From: Pseudomonadota bacterium
GTDB lineage: Bacteria; Pseudomonadota; Gammaproteobacteria; Pseudomonadales; Pseudohongiellaceae
Length of the DNA: 64,000 nucleotides
NCBI GenBank assembly: GCA_027592275.1
Contig: JAQCKF010000010.1
Span: 12,972-76,971 of the forward strand
Reading direction: 5' to 3'
Every line of letters starts with the position of its first letter. Positions within the stretch are counted from its first letter, which is position 1. The notes under the pieces are model-generated. The model was not told where the DNA came from. It did not search any database and was given only the letters and a program-made list of their open reading frames with translations. Of the stretch, positions 10,263 through 19,737 are shown piece by piece. The translations under genes were made by a program, and so were the position numbers.

Positions 10263-11711
10263 CTAGATGCCATCTGCTAATTGCTGCCAGGGCGCAGCCT
10301 TCTCTAATTGTGCGGCGAGCTGTAATAGAGTCGCGTCGTCTCCCCAGGCGGCCGTGAACAGAGCGCCTACAGGCAAGTTCGATTCAGCTACGTGCATGGG
10401 AACAGACATGGAAGGCTGGCCGGTTCCGTTAGCAAGGGCAGTAATGCCGCTGTAGGCAGTGAATCTGCCGCCATACTCTTTTAGGTCTTCGCTATTCATA
10501 TCCAGCCATCCGAGTTTAGCCGGGACCTTACTCAATACCGGCTGAATAATAACGTCGATGTGTTGGTAAAAAACCCGCAATTTCTGTTCTGCCTCTATTA
10601 GGCAGTTTCTAGCATCCACATAGGCAATGGCGCTCGCAGTTTGTCCGCGTTTGGCCATGGCTAGGGTTGATGCTTCTATAGGACAATCTTCTAACGAGAG
10701 ATTGAGCTCCTTGGCTCTTTTGCCAACAGCTTGATAGGCATAGGTGCTAATCATTCGTGACATGGCTGAGCCAGCTATGCTGTGGTCGATCGGATGAGCC
10801 ATCTCCTCGACGTGATGACCTAATGATTCGCAGAGCTTGACTGCTTTGTGTACGGCTAGGACGCAGTCTTGATCGACTGCTTCGCCGGTAGGGTGGTCGA
10901 ATTGAACTGCTATGCGCAGTTTCCTGATAGGAGTGCCTGTTTGATGAATGGCATCGTAAAAAGAGTCAGGACTCGCTGGTAATGGATACAAATGGGCTCG
11001 CTCCAGTTTAATCACATCTAAGAACGCGGCACTATCGCGGACGCTGCGACTCAGTACATGCCCGACACTCATGCCTCCCCAGGACTCATAGAGTGTATCC
11101 CCGGCTACAGTTAGCCCGCGGCTGGGCTTCAATCCGAACAGACCACAGCAAGACGCAGGTATGCGAATCGATCCACCGCCATCGCTTGCGTGAGCGACTG
11201 GCACTATGCCGGCAGCAACCGCGGCAGCTGCACCACCACTGGAACCTCCTGCGGAGTAATGCAGATTCCATGGATTGCGACAGGGGCCGTTGGCGCGCGC
11301 CTCGGTAGTGAGCGTGAGTCCAAATTCAGGTGTGTTTGTCTTGCCCAGTATAGGCAGGCCCGCGTCAATATACTTCGCTACGATGTTGGAATGTTGAGGT
11401 GAAACGTAGTTTTCATAAAGGGCGCTGCCGAATGTTGTAGGAAGCCCTTTTACTTCGGCGAGATCTTTAATCAGGAAGGGAATACCAGCCACTTTGCTTG
11501 GCTGCAGGAGCTCGGGCTTATTGTCGATCTGCTTAGCTTGCTCAACGGCTGAATCGAAACTCTCATGTACGATAGCATTTATGCTGGGGTTAACTTGTCT
11601 CGCGCGATCGATTGCGCAGGCGGTTAGTTCTGCGCTGGTGAATTCCTTGTTGCGAATTCCTTCAGCGGCTGCGATTCCGTCCAGTTTTGAATAATCTGAA
11701 TATTTAAGCAT
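10263..11711 (-). CDS. amidase (amidase-signature family)
   Basis: AS-family signature [14 protein letters not shown]...[13 protein letters not shown]. Confidence 0.9.
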   Translation of the reverse strand: MLKYSDYSKLDGIAAAEGIRNKEFTSAELTACAIDRARQVNPSINAIVHESFDSAVEQAKQIDNKPELLQPSKVAGIPFLIKDLAEVKGLPTTFGSALYENYVSPQHSNIVAKYIDAGLPILGKTNTPEFGLTLTTEARANGPCRNPWNLHYSAGGSSGGAAAAVAAGIVPVAHASDGGGSIRIPASCCGLFGLKPSRGLTVAGDTLYESWGGMSVGHVLSRSVRDSAAFLDVIKLERAHLYPLPASPDSFYDAIHQTGTPIRKLRIAVQFDHPTGEAVDQDCVLAVHKAVKLCESLGHHVEEMAHPIDHSIAGSAMSRMISTYAYQAVGKRAKELNLSLEDCPIEASTLAMAKRGQTASAIAYVDARNCLIEAEQKLRVFYQHIDVIIQPVLSKVPAKLGWLDMNSEDLKEYGGRFTAYSGITALANGTGQPSMSVPMHVAESNLPVGALFTAAWGDDATLLQLAAQLEKAAPWQQLADGI

Positions 11712-11731
11712 AGCTATTGATGAGCTCCGCT

Positions 11732-12882
11732 CTAGAATACATTGTTTTGGTCGTCGTCGGCCTGAACCAATGACAAGCCGCCCGAATCTTCTTCGTCATC
11801 GATATCCGTTTCATCAGCGCCTTTTCCTTCGGACAATTGAATTCTCAAGCGTAGATTGTTTTTCGAGTCCGCATTTTTCAGAGCTTCTTCGTAGCTAATC
11901 TTACCGCTTTTAAAGAGATCGAAGAGCGCAGAGTCGAAAGTTTTCATTCCCTGCTGTTCGCCCTTTTCCATTACTTCTTTAATTTCCAGGACCTTGCCTT
12001 GTTTGATCAAGTCACAGACGCGGGGAGTGCCTAGTAAAATTTCGATGGCAGCAGCTCGCTTACCATCGACGGTAGGAATCAGTCGCTGCGATACAATACC
12101 TTGTAGATTTAAGGATAAATCTAGGAATAGTTGTTTGTGCCGCTCTTCAGGGAAGAAGTTAATGATTCGGTCCAAAGCCTGGTTCGCATTGTTCGCGTGT
12201 AGTGTCGACAAGCATAGATGGCCCGTTTCCGCGAATGCGAGAGCATGCTCCATCGTCTCCTGGCTACGAATCTCTCCGATAAGAATTACGTCTGGCGCCT
12301 GTCGTAAAGTATTTTGTAGCGCTTCCTCGTAGCTATTCGTATCAACGCCGACTTCGCGTTGATTGACAATCGACTTCTGGTGAGGGTGAATGAATTCTAC
12401 TGGGTCTTCGATAGTGATGATGTGACCGTCGCTGTTTTTATTACGATGATCAATTAGCGCCGCCAACGAGGTGGATTTTCCTGCGCCGGTACCGCCAACA
12501 AAAAGAACGATACCATTCTTCTGCATGATCAGATCATTCAAAATAGGAGGTAGGCCAAGCGATGCGGCGCTAGGAATTTCCGTCTTTATGTTGCGCGCGA
12601 CAATAGCTACCTCGCCTCTTTGCTTGAAGATGTTTACACGAAAGCGGCCGATGTCAGGATCCGCGATGGCAAGGCTCATTTCAGGGCTTTTTTCAAAGTC
12701 CCTTATCTGATCTTCATTCATAATCTGATAGGCGATCTTCTTGACCATGCCTTCGGGCATTCTTTTGTCCACTAGAGGAGTGAGTCTTCCGAATGCCTTC
12801 ATGCTCGGGGCGCACCGGTTGTTAGAAACAAATCCGAGCCTTCTTTTTCGATCAACATTTTTAGTAAGTCGTTAAAACCCAT
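11732..12882 (-). pseudogene. pilU: type IV pilus retraction ATPase PilU, interrupted by a 1-nt frameshift
   Basis: ATG 12882 (AGGA 8 nt upstream) encodes MGFNDLLKMLIEKEGSDLFLTTGAP and then stops at 12799-12801. The rest (SMKAFGRL... Walker A GGTGAGKST) continues in another frame from 12802. The shift sits in the G4/C4 run at 12807-12810. Total length is 1151 nt, one short of 384 codons. Confidence 0.75.
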
Positions 12883-12955
12883 AGTCGTATTCCTACTTGA
12901 TGTATATGCTAATTATTCATCTAGACGGCGATAGTGATTTGAGTAAGCGTAAGTG

Positions 12956-13969
12956 TTAGAACCTGCCTTGGGTATACCAGCCAACATCGGTGGCGGAATC
13001 ATCGATCTTATCAGCCACGTCGAGAACCAATGCGAACAAGGCCATGCGGACGACTACACCATTGTCGGTTTGCCGAAAAATAGCGAGATTTGGATGTTGG
13101 TTGAGGTCATTGTCGAGTTCGTTGGCTTCTTCGCGCGAGTCTCGCGGCAGCGGATGCATGATAACGGTATTCGGCTGACAGTAACGCGTATAGATGGATT
13201 GATTCAGTCTGAAGCGACCGCGATAGATGTCTGCTTCTAGCTTTGTCGTAAATCGCTCTTCCTGTATGCGTGTTAGGTAGACAGTATCATTGTCATTCAG
13301 GCCGGCTTCCATGTCCTCAGTTTCTATTACCTTGTGTCCCCCAGCCGTTAACTCGGAGACAATCTCAGCGGGCATTTTGAGCTCTAGGGGGGAGATCAAA
13401 GTGAATGTAATGTTGTCATACACCAGCAATAACTGTGAGAGCGAGTGCACAGTCCGGCCATGCTTGAGATCACCTATCATCGCTATGTTCATGCCATCTA
13501 TCTGTCGATCGTTAGACAGCAATTCTTTCTTGATAGTGTAGAGATCGAGCAGGGCTTGAGAGGGGTGCTCATTGGGGCCGTCACCACCGTTGACAACTGG
13601 CACGCGACTGGCCTTGGCAAATTCGTTAACCGAGCCCATCTGAGGGTGGCGCATTACTACTATATCGCTGTATCCGCTTATAACTCTGGCGGTGTCATAG
13701 AGCGACTCGCCTTTTGACATGGAGGAAGTGTTGACGTCGGCTGTTTCGCGGACCTGGCCGCCCAAAAGATTGAATGCGCATCCGAAGCTGACCCGTGTCC
13801 GCGTGCTAGGTTCGAAGAACATATTGCCTAGGATAGCTCCTTCGAGGACCTTAGTGATGCGCTCTCTGCGAGCATAAGGGAGCATGCTATCAGCGACTTC
13901 GAAGACCCGATCAACATCTGATCTCTCAAACTGCTTCACGCTAAGTATATGGGCGCCGCAAAATTCCAT
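12956..13969 (-). CDS. pyrB: aspartate carbamoyltransferase catalytic chain
   Basis: Motifs STRTR, HPSQALLD, GDLKHGRTVHS and HPLPR. No adjacent pyrI. Confidence 0.9.
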   Translation of the reverse strand: MEFCGAHILSVKQFERSDVDRVFEVADSMLPYARRERITKVLEGAILGNMFFEPSTRTRVSFGCAFNLLGGQVRETADVNTSSMSKGESLYDTARVISGYSDIVVMRHPQMGSVNEFAKASRVPVVNGGDGPNEHPSQALLDLYTIKKELLSNDRQIDGMNIAMIGDLKHGRTVHSLSQLLLVYDNITFTLISPLELKMPAEIVSELTAGGHKVIETEDMEAGLNDNDTVYLTRIQEERFTTKLEADIYRGRFRLNQSIYTRYCQPNTVIMHPLPRDSREEANELDNDLNQHPNLAIFRQTDNGVVVRMALFALVLDVADKIDDSATDVGWYTQGRF

Positions 13970-14028
13970 GTTTTGATAAGCTCGGTGTAGGTTATGGATC
14001 TATTTTTTCGTCGAATTAGTCGAGAGTC

Positions 14029-14040
14029 AGTATTCTAGCA
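14029..14040 (-). promoter_or_regulatory. extended -10 promoter candidate for pyrB (TGCTAGAATACT)
   Basis: Reverse strand reads TGCTAGAATACT. The -10 TAGAAT lies about 63 nt upstream of the pyrB ATG. The same 11-mer occurs upstream of argG. Confidence 0.4.
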
Positions 14041-14238
14041 AAAGTCAGCTATTTCATCCTTATAGATCGTTTCTGTGGGATGCTACTAAACACAGGGATA
14101 CTACTACAAATGGGCGAATAGAAGGAATTGCTAAGTGGATATTGATAGCAGTGTAACTGTGCCGTACGCAGGCGACAGAAGTCGCTATAATTGGTTCTTC
14201 TAGGGTCTACGGGCCCGCCGCCAGCATAGAGTAAGCAG

Positions 14239-15672
14239 ATGTCAGATAAATCGATTTACTGGTACGACTTCGAAACCTTCGGCAAGGACCCTCGTAGAAA
14301 TAGAGCCTCACAGTTTGCTGGTATTCGCACTGATGAAGATCTGAACATCATTTCTGAGCCCCTGGTGTTCTACTGCGCGCCTGCTGACGACTTCTTGCCC
14401 GACCCAATGGCCTGCCTTATAACTGGGATTTCACCGCAGAAGGCGTTAGCCGATGGAGTCTGCGAAGTGGAGTTCATCAAGCGTATTCACGAAGAATTCT
14501 CTCAGCCAGGTACCTGCGTCGCGGGCTATAACAGCATTCGTTTCGATGATGAACTTACCCGGCAGCTACTCTATCGAAACTTTTATGACCCCTATGAGCG
14601 GGAGTGGAAGAACGGTAACTCTCGCTGGGACATAATTGACATGGCTAGGCTTTGTGCGGCAACTCGACCGAAGGGCATCAACTGGCCATTGAGAGAAGAT
14701 GGCAGTACTAGTTTTAGGTTGGAACTGCTAACCGCAGAAAACGGAATCGAACATGCAGATGCTCATGATGCGCTTTCTGATGTAATTGCGACTATAGAAT
14801 TTGCAAAACTAATCAAGCAGAAGCAGCCGAAGTTATACGACTATGTCTATAAGCTGCGTAATAAGCGCGCAGTACAGTCCGAAATTGACATGGTTACTCG
14901 AAAGCCAGTACTGCATGTTTCTATGATGTACCCCGCCACACAGGGTTGTTTGGCCTTGGTAATGCCGCTCTGTGGTCATCCCACAAATAACAATGGAATC
15001 ATCGTTTACGATTTACGCGAGGATCCAGAAAGTTGGGTGAGTCTTAGTGTAGAAGAAATTAGGAAGAGAATTTTTACTGCACGAGACGATATGGTTCAAG
15101 GTGTGGAACGTATCGGCTTGAAGACAATTCATATCAATAAATGCCCAGTCATTGCCTCGTCGGCGGTTCTTTCTAACGAGCGTGCTGAGCAGTTTGGCGT
15201 CGATTTGGATAAATGTAAGAGTCATTGGAGCTATCTACAAGGTAACAAGGACATCGTGAGCAAGGTCGCTGAGGTGTTTTCTGAAGAGTTGGGGCAGAAG
15301 GAAATGGACCCTGATTATATGATCTACAGTGGCGGGTTCTTTTCGGATTCTGATAAGAAATTGATGTCCATGATTCGTTCGACCTCAGCTCAGGACTTGG
15401 CTCGACTAGATTTACCATTTCGAGACGCTAGACTAAGCACAATGTTGCAACGTTATCGTGCGCGTAATTTTAAAGAAACTCTGAACAATCAAGAGCTAGC
15501 CGAATGGAATCAGTTCAGGCGGGAGAGATTAGTTTCAAGTGAGGCGCTAGCGTCATATGAGCTAGGCTATGCAGAGGCAAAAATTAGAGCAGGGGATTCG
15601 AATCAAGATCTGTTTAAGAGCCTGGATGATTATGTGGCTGCAGTTACAGCGATTGATGATGTTCCTGATTAG
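14239..15672 (+). CDS. sbcB: exodeoxyribonuclease I
   Basis: N-terminal YWYDFETFG DEDD exonuclease motif and full-length exonuclease I-like architecture. TATAAT at 14186-14191. Confidence 0.95.
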   Translation: MSDKSIYWYDFETFGKDPRRNRASQFAGIRTDEDLNIISEPLVFYCAPADDFLPDPMACLITGISPQKALADGVCEVEFIKRIHEEFSQPGTCVAGYNSIRFDDELTRQLLYRNFYDPYEREWKNGNSRWDIIDMARLCAATRPKGINWPLREDGSTSFRLELLTAENGIEHADAHDALSDVIATIEFAKLIKQKQPKLYDYVYKLRNKRAVQSEIDMVTRKPVLHVSMMYPATQGCLALVMPLCGHPTNNNGIIVYDLREDPESWVSLSVEEIRKRIFTARDDMVQGVERIGLKTIHINKCPVIASSAVLSNERAEQFGVDLDKCKSHWSYLQGNKDIVSKVAEVFSEELGQKEMDPDYMIYSGGFFSDSDKKLMSMIRSTSAQDLARLDLPFRDARLSTMLQRYRARNFKETLNNQELAEWNQFRRERLVSSEALASYELGYAEAKIRAGDSNQDLFKSLDDYVAAVTAIDDVPD

Positions 15673-15779
15673 CTTGTGCTACACAAGTGCGAGCAAAGCA
15701 GATAGAATCCGACTCCCCAAAGCAGGGCAGTAAATCATATTCCCTTAAGATTCTTAACTAATTGATAATTAAAGAATAA

Positions 15780-16931
15780 ATGGATAAATTTAAAGAGATA
15801 CGGCCCTATCACGATCATGAGATTCGACCCGTCATTGATCGTCTGATTACCGACCCTGAGTTCCTATCCAGCATTGCCAGTTTCTATGCGCCAAAAATGT
15901 CGCGCCTTTTTCCTGGGGTGATGCGAATGATTGCGCGCAAGAAGCTGCAGGGGCAAGTTGTCTCCGTTCACGATGTGGCGAGCATGCAGGATGTTATAGC
16001 GGACTACATGTACAAGATGATCGAGGACACGACAACGAGCTTGACACACTCTGGGCTAGAACACTTAGACAGCGAGAGGAGCTATCTTTTCGTGAGCAAC
16101 CACCGGGACATTACGATGGACCCAGCCTTTGTAAACTACATGCTGTATAGCGCTGGAAACAGGACAGTACAAATCGCCACAGGTGATAACCTGCTAAAGA
16201 AGCCATTTGTATCAGACCTGATGCGTCTCAATAAAAGTTTTATAGTGCTGCGATCACTCAAGGGCAGAGAGTTGCTGCAAGGTTTAACTTTGCTTTCAGA
16301 ATACATGCATCACTGTATTGAACAAGGAAGCCATGTCTGGATCGCGCAGAGAGAAGGGCGAGCGAAAAATGGCGTTGATAAGACCGAGGGTGCGCTACTA
16401 AAAATGTTAGCCATGTTTCAGCGCAAGCAACCACTTAGTGAAAGTTTGCAAAAACTACATATCGTGCCGGTGTCAATTTCCTATGAGTATGACGCCTGTG
16501 ATGTTCTTAAGGCCGAAGAGCTGCATGCGATTGAAACTACAGGGTTTTTTACCAAAAATGAAAAGAGCGATATTCAGAGTATAGTGGCGGGGATGATCGG
16601 TTTTAAAGGAGCGGTCCACGTTGCCTTCGGTAGGGAAATGCAATATGAAAGCGATGACCCTGATGTCATCGCTGCTAGTATCGATTCGCAAATACTGGAG
16701 AATTACAAATTACGGGATAGTAATTATATCGCTTTCGAGTTGCTACAGGAAAAAGGCTTGCTGCCGGAGAGTGCGGCTGGGATGAAAATTAATAGTCCTG
16801 AAATAAAGAGTGAGTCGCGCGAGGTTTTCTTGGATAGATTGAGGATGGTTGATCCAAAGTTACATCGTCACTACTTGCTAAGTTATGCTAATCCAGTGAT
16901 CAGTCGAAGCCGTAATCAAGCCTCAGCGTAA
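15780..16931 (+). CDS. acyltransferase family protein (PlsC-like)
   Basis: FVSNHRDITMDPAF motif resembling the glycerolipid acyltransferase His-Asp box. 383 aa. Substrate not inferable. Confidence 0.65.
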   Translation: MDKFKEIRPYHDHEIRPVIDRLITDPEFLSSIASFYAPKMSRLFPGVMRMIARKKLQGQVVSVHDVASMQDVIADYMYKMIEDTTTSLTHSGLEHLDSERSYLFVSNHRDITMDPAFVNYMLYSAGNRTVQIATGDNLLKKPFVSDLMRLNKSFIVLRSLKGRELLQGLTLLSEYMHHCIEQGSHVWIAQREGRAKNGVDKTEGALLKMLAMFQRKQPLSESLQKLHIVPVSISYEYDACDVLKAEELHAIETTGFFTKNEKSDIQSIVAGMIGFKGAVHVAFGREMQYESDDPDVIAASIDSQILENYKLRDSNYIAFELLQEKGLLPESAAGMKINSPEIKSESREVFLDRLRMVDPKLHRHYLLSYANPVISRSRNQASA

Positions 16932-19505
16932 CTTCTGCAATACTTCATTTAGGCGGGCAGTGAAAGTTTTCCGCGTGGATTCGTCAAGCGGGCCTAGTGC
17001 AATAGATTGCAACTCTGTGCTCATGGCGTATTTTAGGTTCTGTTTTGGATCTGGCTTGGCTTGACCGAATCCGCTCTGCAGCTGTTCCAGTTGAAATTTC
17101 ATCCTGAGTGCTTTGTCTTCCGCAGGGGAATCGACGTTCGCTCGAACCTCTGCCTCTACGCAGAGTTGTCTAAAGGTGTCTTCGCATTGCTTGCTTTGCT
17201 TTGCCAGCTCAGAATTGGATTTTGCAGAAGATACTCTACTCTGCCTCGCGTTCAGTAACTCATCTATTTCGGCATTTCCGCTTTTATCAGCCTTGTTCCA
17301 GGCAGAAGAGTCGAAAGCTTGTTGCAGTGAACTGAATTTTTCCGCATCGCTCTCGACTAATAGAGCCTTCTCGATATCTTGTAACGTGGATGCTTTGTCG
17401 AGGATGGTTTGCATCAATTGCTGCTGTCGTTTATCAGGCAATGCTCGAAACCTAGAATCGATCAGGCGCTTTACAGAGTTAAACCGATCAAGTAATCGAT
17501 TGCGCTGTGATTTGATTCGGGGGTCTAGTGAGTTTGAGAATTCTTGGGCTAAATCCTGGTAAGAAGCTCTGGATTCACGGAACGCAGCATCTTCCTTTTT
17601 AACGATAGCATCCAGAGCCGAGAGTATTTCGTTTAGTCGAGTCTCGATCTTTTGGAGGTCTTCACGTAGTGCGTTTGAGGCCTGGTCGCGCTTGTTGAAT
17701 ATAGCATCGCAGGCAGCGCGAAAGTCTTGCCAATACTGCTGATCTTCTCGGTAAGATGTAGGGCCTACTTTTTTCCATTCTTGCTGCAAGCGCTTCGCCT
17801 CGTTCATGGCGTGTTTGTTGTCATCATTCTTACTTAGTTCTTGCGCTTGCTCTACTAGTTCTTGTTTTTGTGTGGCGCTGACTGATAGCTTGCTTTTGCG
17901 CAATTTTTGCAACTGATTAACTGTCTCGTAGAAACGTTTCTGCAAGCCCTTAATTTTACTCTGCTCTATAGGAGCGTATGATTTCCAATCCTTCTCGGAA
18001 TCGCTAAGAAGTTTGTTCAATTTTGAGATGTCCGGCTCGTCGTCAGCCTCTTGCAGCAGCTTATGTTCAGCTTCAAGAGATTCACATATCTCTCGGCGCT
18101 TTAGCAGGTTCTGTACCATTTGCTGCTTTCGTTCTTTGAAATATTCCTTACAAGGCTCATAGGCCTGATCTGATAGCTTTTTAAATTCCTTCCAGAGTTG
18201 CTCATTCTGGCTCGAGCGACCGAGTGTCTTCCATTCTTTGTGCATCTTACTAATATTTTTTGAGCGATCGGAAGCATGCATCTTTGAATCGATCAGATGC
18301 TGCATCTGGGTAATGAGTTCTTTCTTCTTCTCAGTTGAGGCAAATATTTTCCAATCACGAAGTTCTATGATCTTCTCTTTGTGTACGTTGGATTTCTTGA
18401 GAAGCTCGGCCCGAACCTGATTGGCTGTATTGCTTATGTTTCCCTGAATCTTGTCCCAGCATTGCGTCGCGTTCTCTGAATTTCCAGCCTCGAGAGCCTC
18501 AGCGAGCGAGGTGAGAAGCTCCTCGGTTTTCGCCTTTAGTTGCTCCTGAAATTCATTGTTCTTGGTAATTTTTTCCGCGATGCCTGCCTGCAAGTTTTCA
18601 ATCTTTGCAGCAAGCGCCGTATCAGTATCAGTTTCCGTTAGTCTGGCTTGCAATTTTCTTAGTTGCGAACGGATTTCAAAGAGTCGGGCAGTGTTTTTGT
18701 AGCTAAGCTTTACTGCCTCTTTTTCAGCGGCTTCGAATTCTATGCTTGGCTCTACGAGCGGGACGTCAACTTTCTCAACCTTTTCGGCTTTCTCGACTTT
18801 TTCTGGTTTCTCTATTTTTACGGTCTTGGTGTCTGCCGGCTTGTCTGCTGCTTTCGGCGCGACTTCATCTTTCTTAGTTTTGGGTTCAGCCTCAGTAGCG
18901 GTCCTACTTGTCTCGCTGCCGTCGCTAGAATCTGCTGCTAGCCGGCCCGCGATTATTCTGGTGACTGTTTTATCTTTTCCTGTGACCTTGGCTAAAATCT
19001 CTTTGAGCAGTTGAGTGTCGCTGATTTTGGCTGCAGCAGTTTTGCGCACATGAACACTGCCAGCGAATAGGCAAATATCAGCGAGGTCTTCGTTCTGTGC
19101 TACTGCACCGACGGCCAGGCTCCCAATTGTCTTCAATTTTGTTATCAGAGCTACTTGCTTAACTCCGTTACTGGATAGTTGTTCTAGTTTTTCGATACGC
19201 TCGATTTCGCTGTGACTGCTTTCAAGTGTGCCTGCGACAATTCGGTAGATTTGCTGCTGAGCATTTTCCTGCGCTGTGCCGCCAACGCTTTGTAGTTGTT
19301 CGAGCGCGCCGAACTCGATGATGCGTGCAATGGCAGAACAGCGGACAGCTTCATGCTCATCCTCTTGTGCCACTTTAAGGAAGAATCCTGCAGTGCCTGG
19401 TGCTTTGATGTCTATTTTCTCAATAGTAACAAGACGCTGTGCTGAGTCTTGATTCAGCCAAGTGTTGTCTATGAGGGGAGATGCAGGATTTGAGGCAGTT
19501 GTCAT
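16923..19505 (-). CDS. DUF349 repeat protein with N-terminal HEAT-like region
   Basis: Multiple copies of the W-K-x-L/V-G ... W..F helical repeat (e.g. QEWKKVGPTSYREDQQYWQDFRAACDAIF). Lys/Glu-rich tract KIEKPEKVEKAEKVEKV. The 3' end overlaps the convergent upstream gene by 9 nt. Confidence 0.8.
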   Translation of the reverse strand: MTTASNPASPLIDNTWLNQDSAQRLVTIEKIDIKAPGTAGFFLKVAQEDEHEAVRCSAIARIIEFGALEQLQSVGGTAQENAQQQIYRIVAGTLESSHSEIERIEKLEQLSSNGVKQVALITKLKTIGSLAVGAVAQNEDLADICLFAGSVHVRKTAAAKISDTQLLKEILAKVTGKDKTVTRIIAGRLAADSSDGSETSRTATEAEPKTKKDEVAPKAADKPADTKTVKIEKPEKVEKAEKVEKVDVPLVEPSIEFEAAEKEAVKLSYKNTARLFEIRSQLRKLQARLTETDTDTALAAKIENLQAGIAEKITKNNEFQEQLKAKTEELLTSLAEALEAGNSENATQCWDKIQGNISNTANQVRAELLKKSNVHKEKIIELRDWKIFASTEKKKELITQMQHLIDSKMHASDRSKNISKMHKEWKTLGRSSQNEQLWKEFKKLSDQAYEPCKEYFKERKQQMVQNLLKRREICESLEAEHKLLQEADDEPDISKLNKLLSDSEKDWKSYAPIEQSKIKGLQKRFYETVNQLQKLRKSKLSVSATQKQELVEQAQELSKNDDNKHAMNEAKRLQQEWKKVGPTSYREDQQYWQDFRAACDAIFNKRDQASNALREDLQKIETRLNEILSALDAIVKKEDAAFRESRASYQDLAQEFSNSLDPRIKSQRNRLLDRFNSVKRLIDSRFRALPDKRQQQLMQTILDKASTLQDIEKALLVESDAEKFSSLQQAFDSSAWNKADKSGNAEIDELLNARQSRVSSAKSNSELAKQSKQCEDTFRQLCVEAEVRANVDSPAEDKALRMKFQLEQLQSGFGQAKPDPKQNLKYAMSTELQSIALGPLDESTRKTFTARLNEVLQKLR

Positions 19506-19680
19506 GTACTACGAACCGAAGAATTTAACTGGGTTATTATGATTTCTCTACTGACTTATCAGTCGAATGAGCGCTCTAACTAACTAAGACACAAGTGTAG
19601 CAGATGTTGTTTCAATCAAAACAGAAAAGAGCTCTGTTGAAGGCAAATTCCGATAAATTCACAGGAAACCGGCATACAAA

Positions 19681-19689
19681 TGCTATAAT
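19681..19689 (+). promoter_or_regulatory. extended -10 promoter candidate for dinG (TGCTATAAT)
   Basis: Perfect TGnTATAAT about 50 nt upstream of the dinG ATG. Confidence 0.45.
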
Positions 19690-19737
19690 TCGTAGATCAA
19701 TTAGCAATATCAGAAAGATTCTCAGGGACACAGCTCG

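Noticed and set aside
19506-19737. LexA (SOS) box upstream of dinG
   Set aside because: No CTGT-N8-ACAG match is present. Only an extended -10 promoter candidate was seen.
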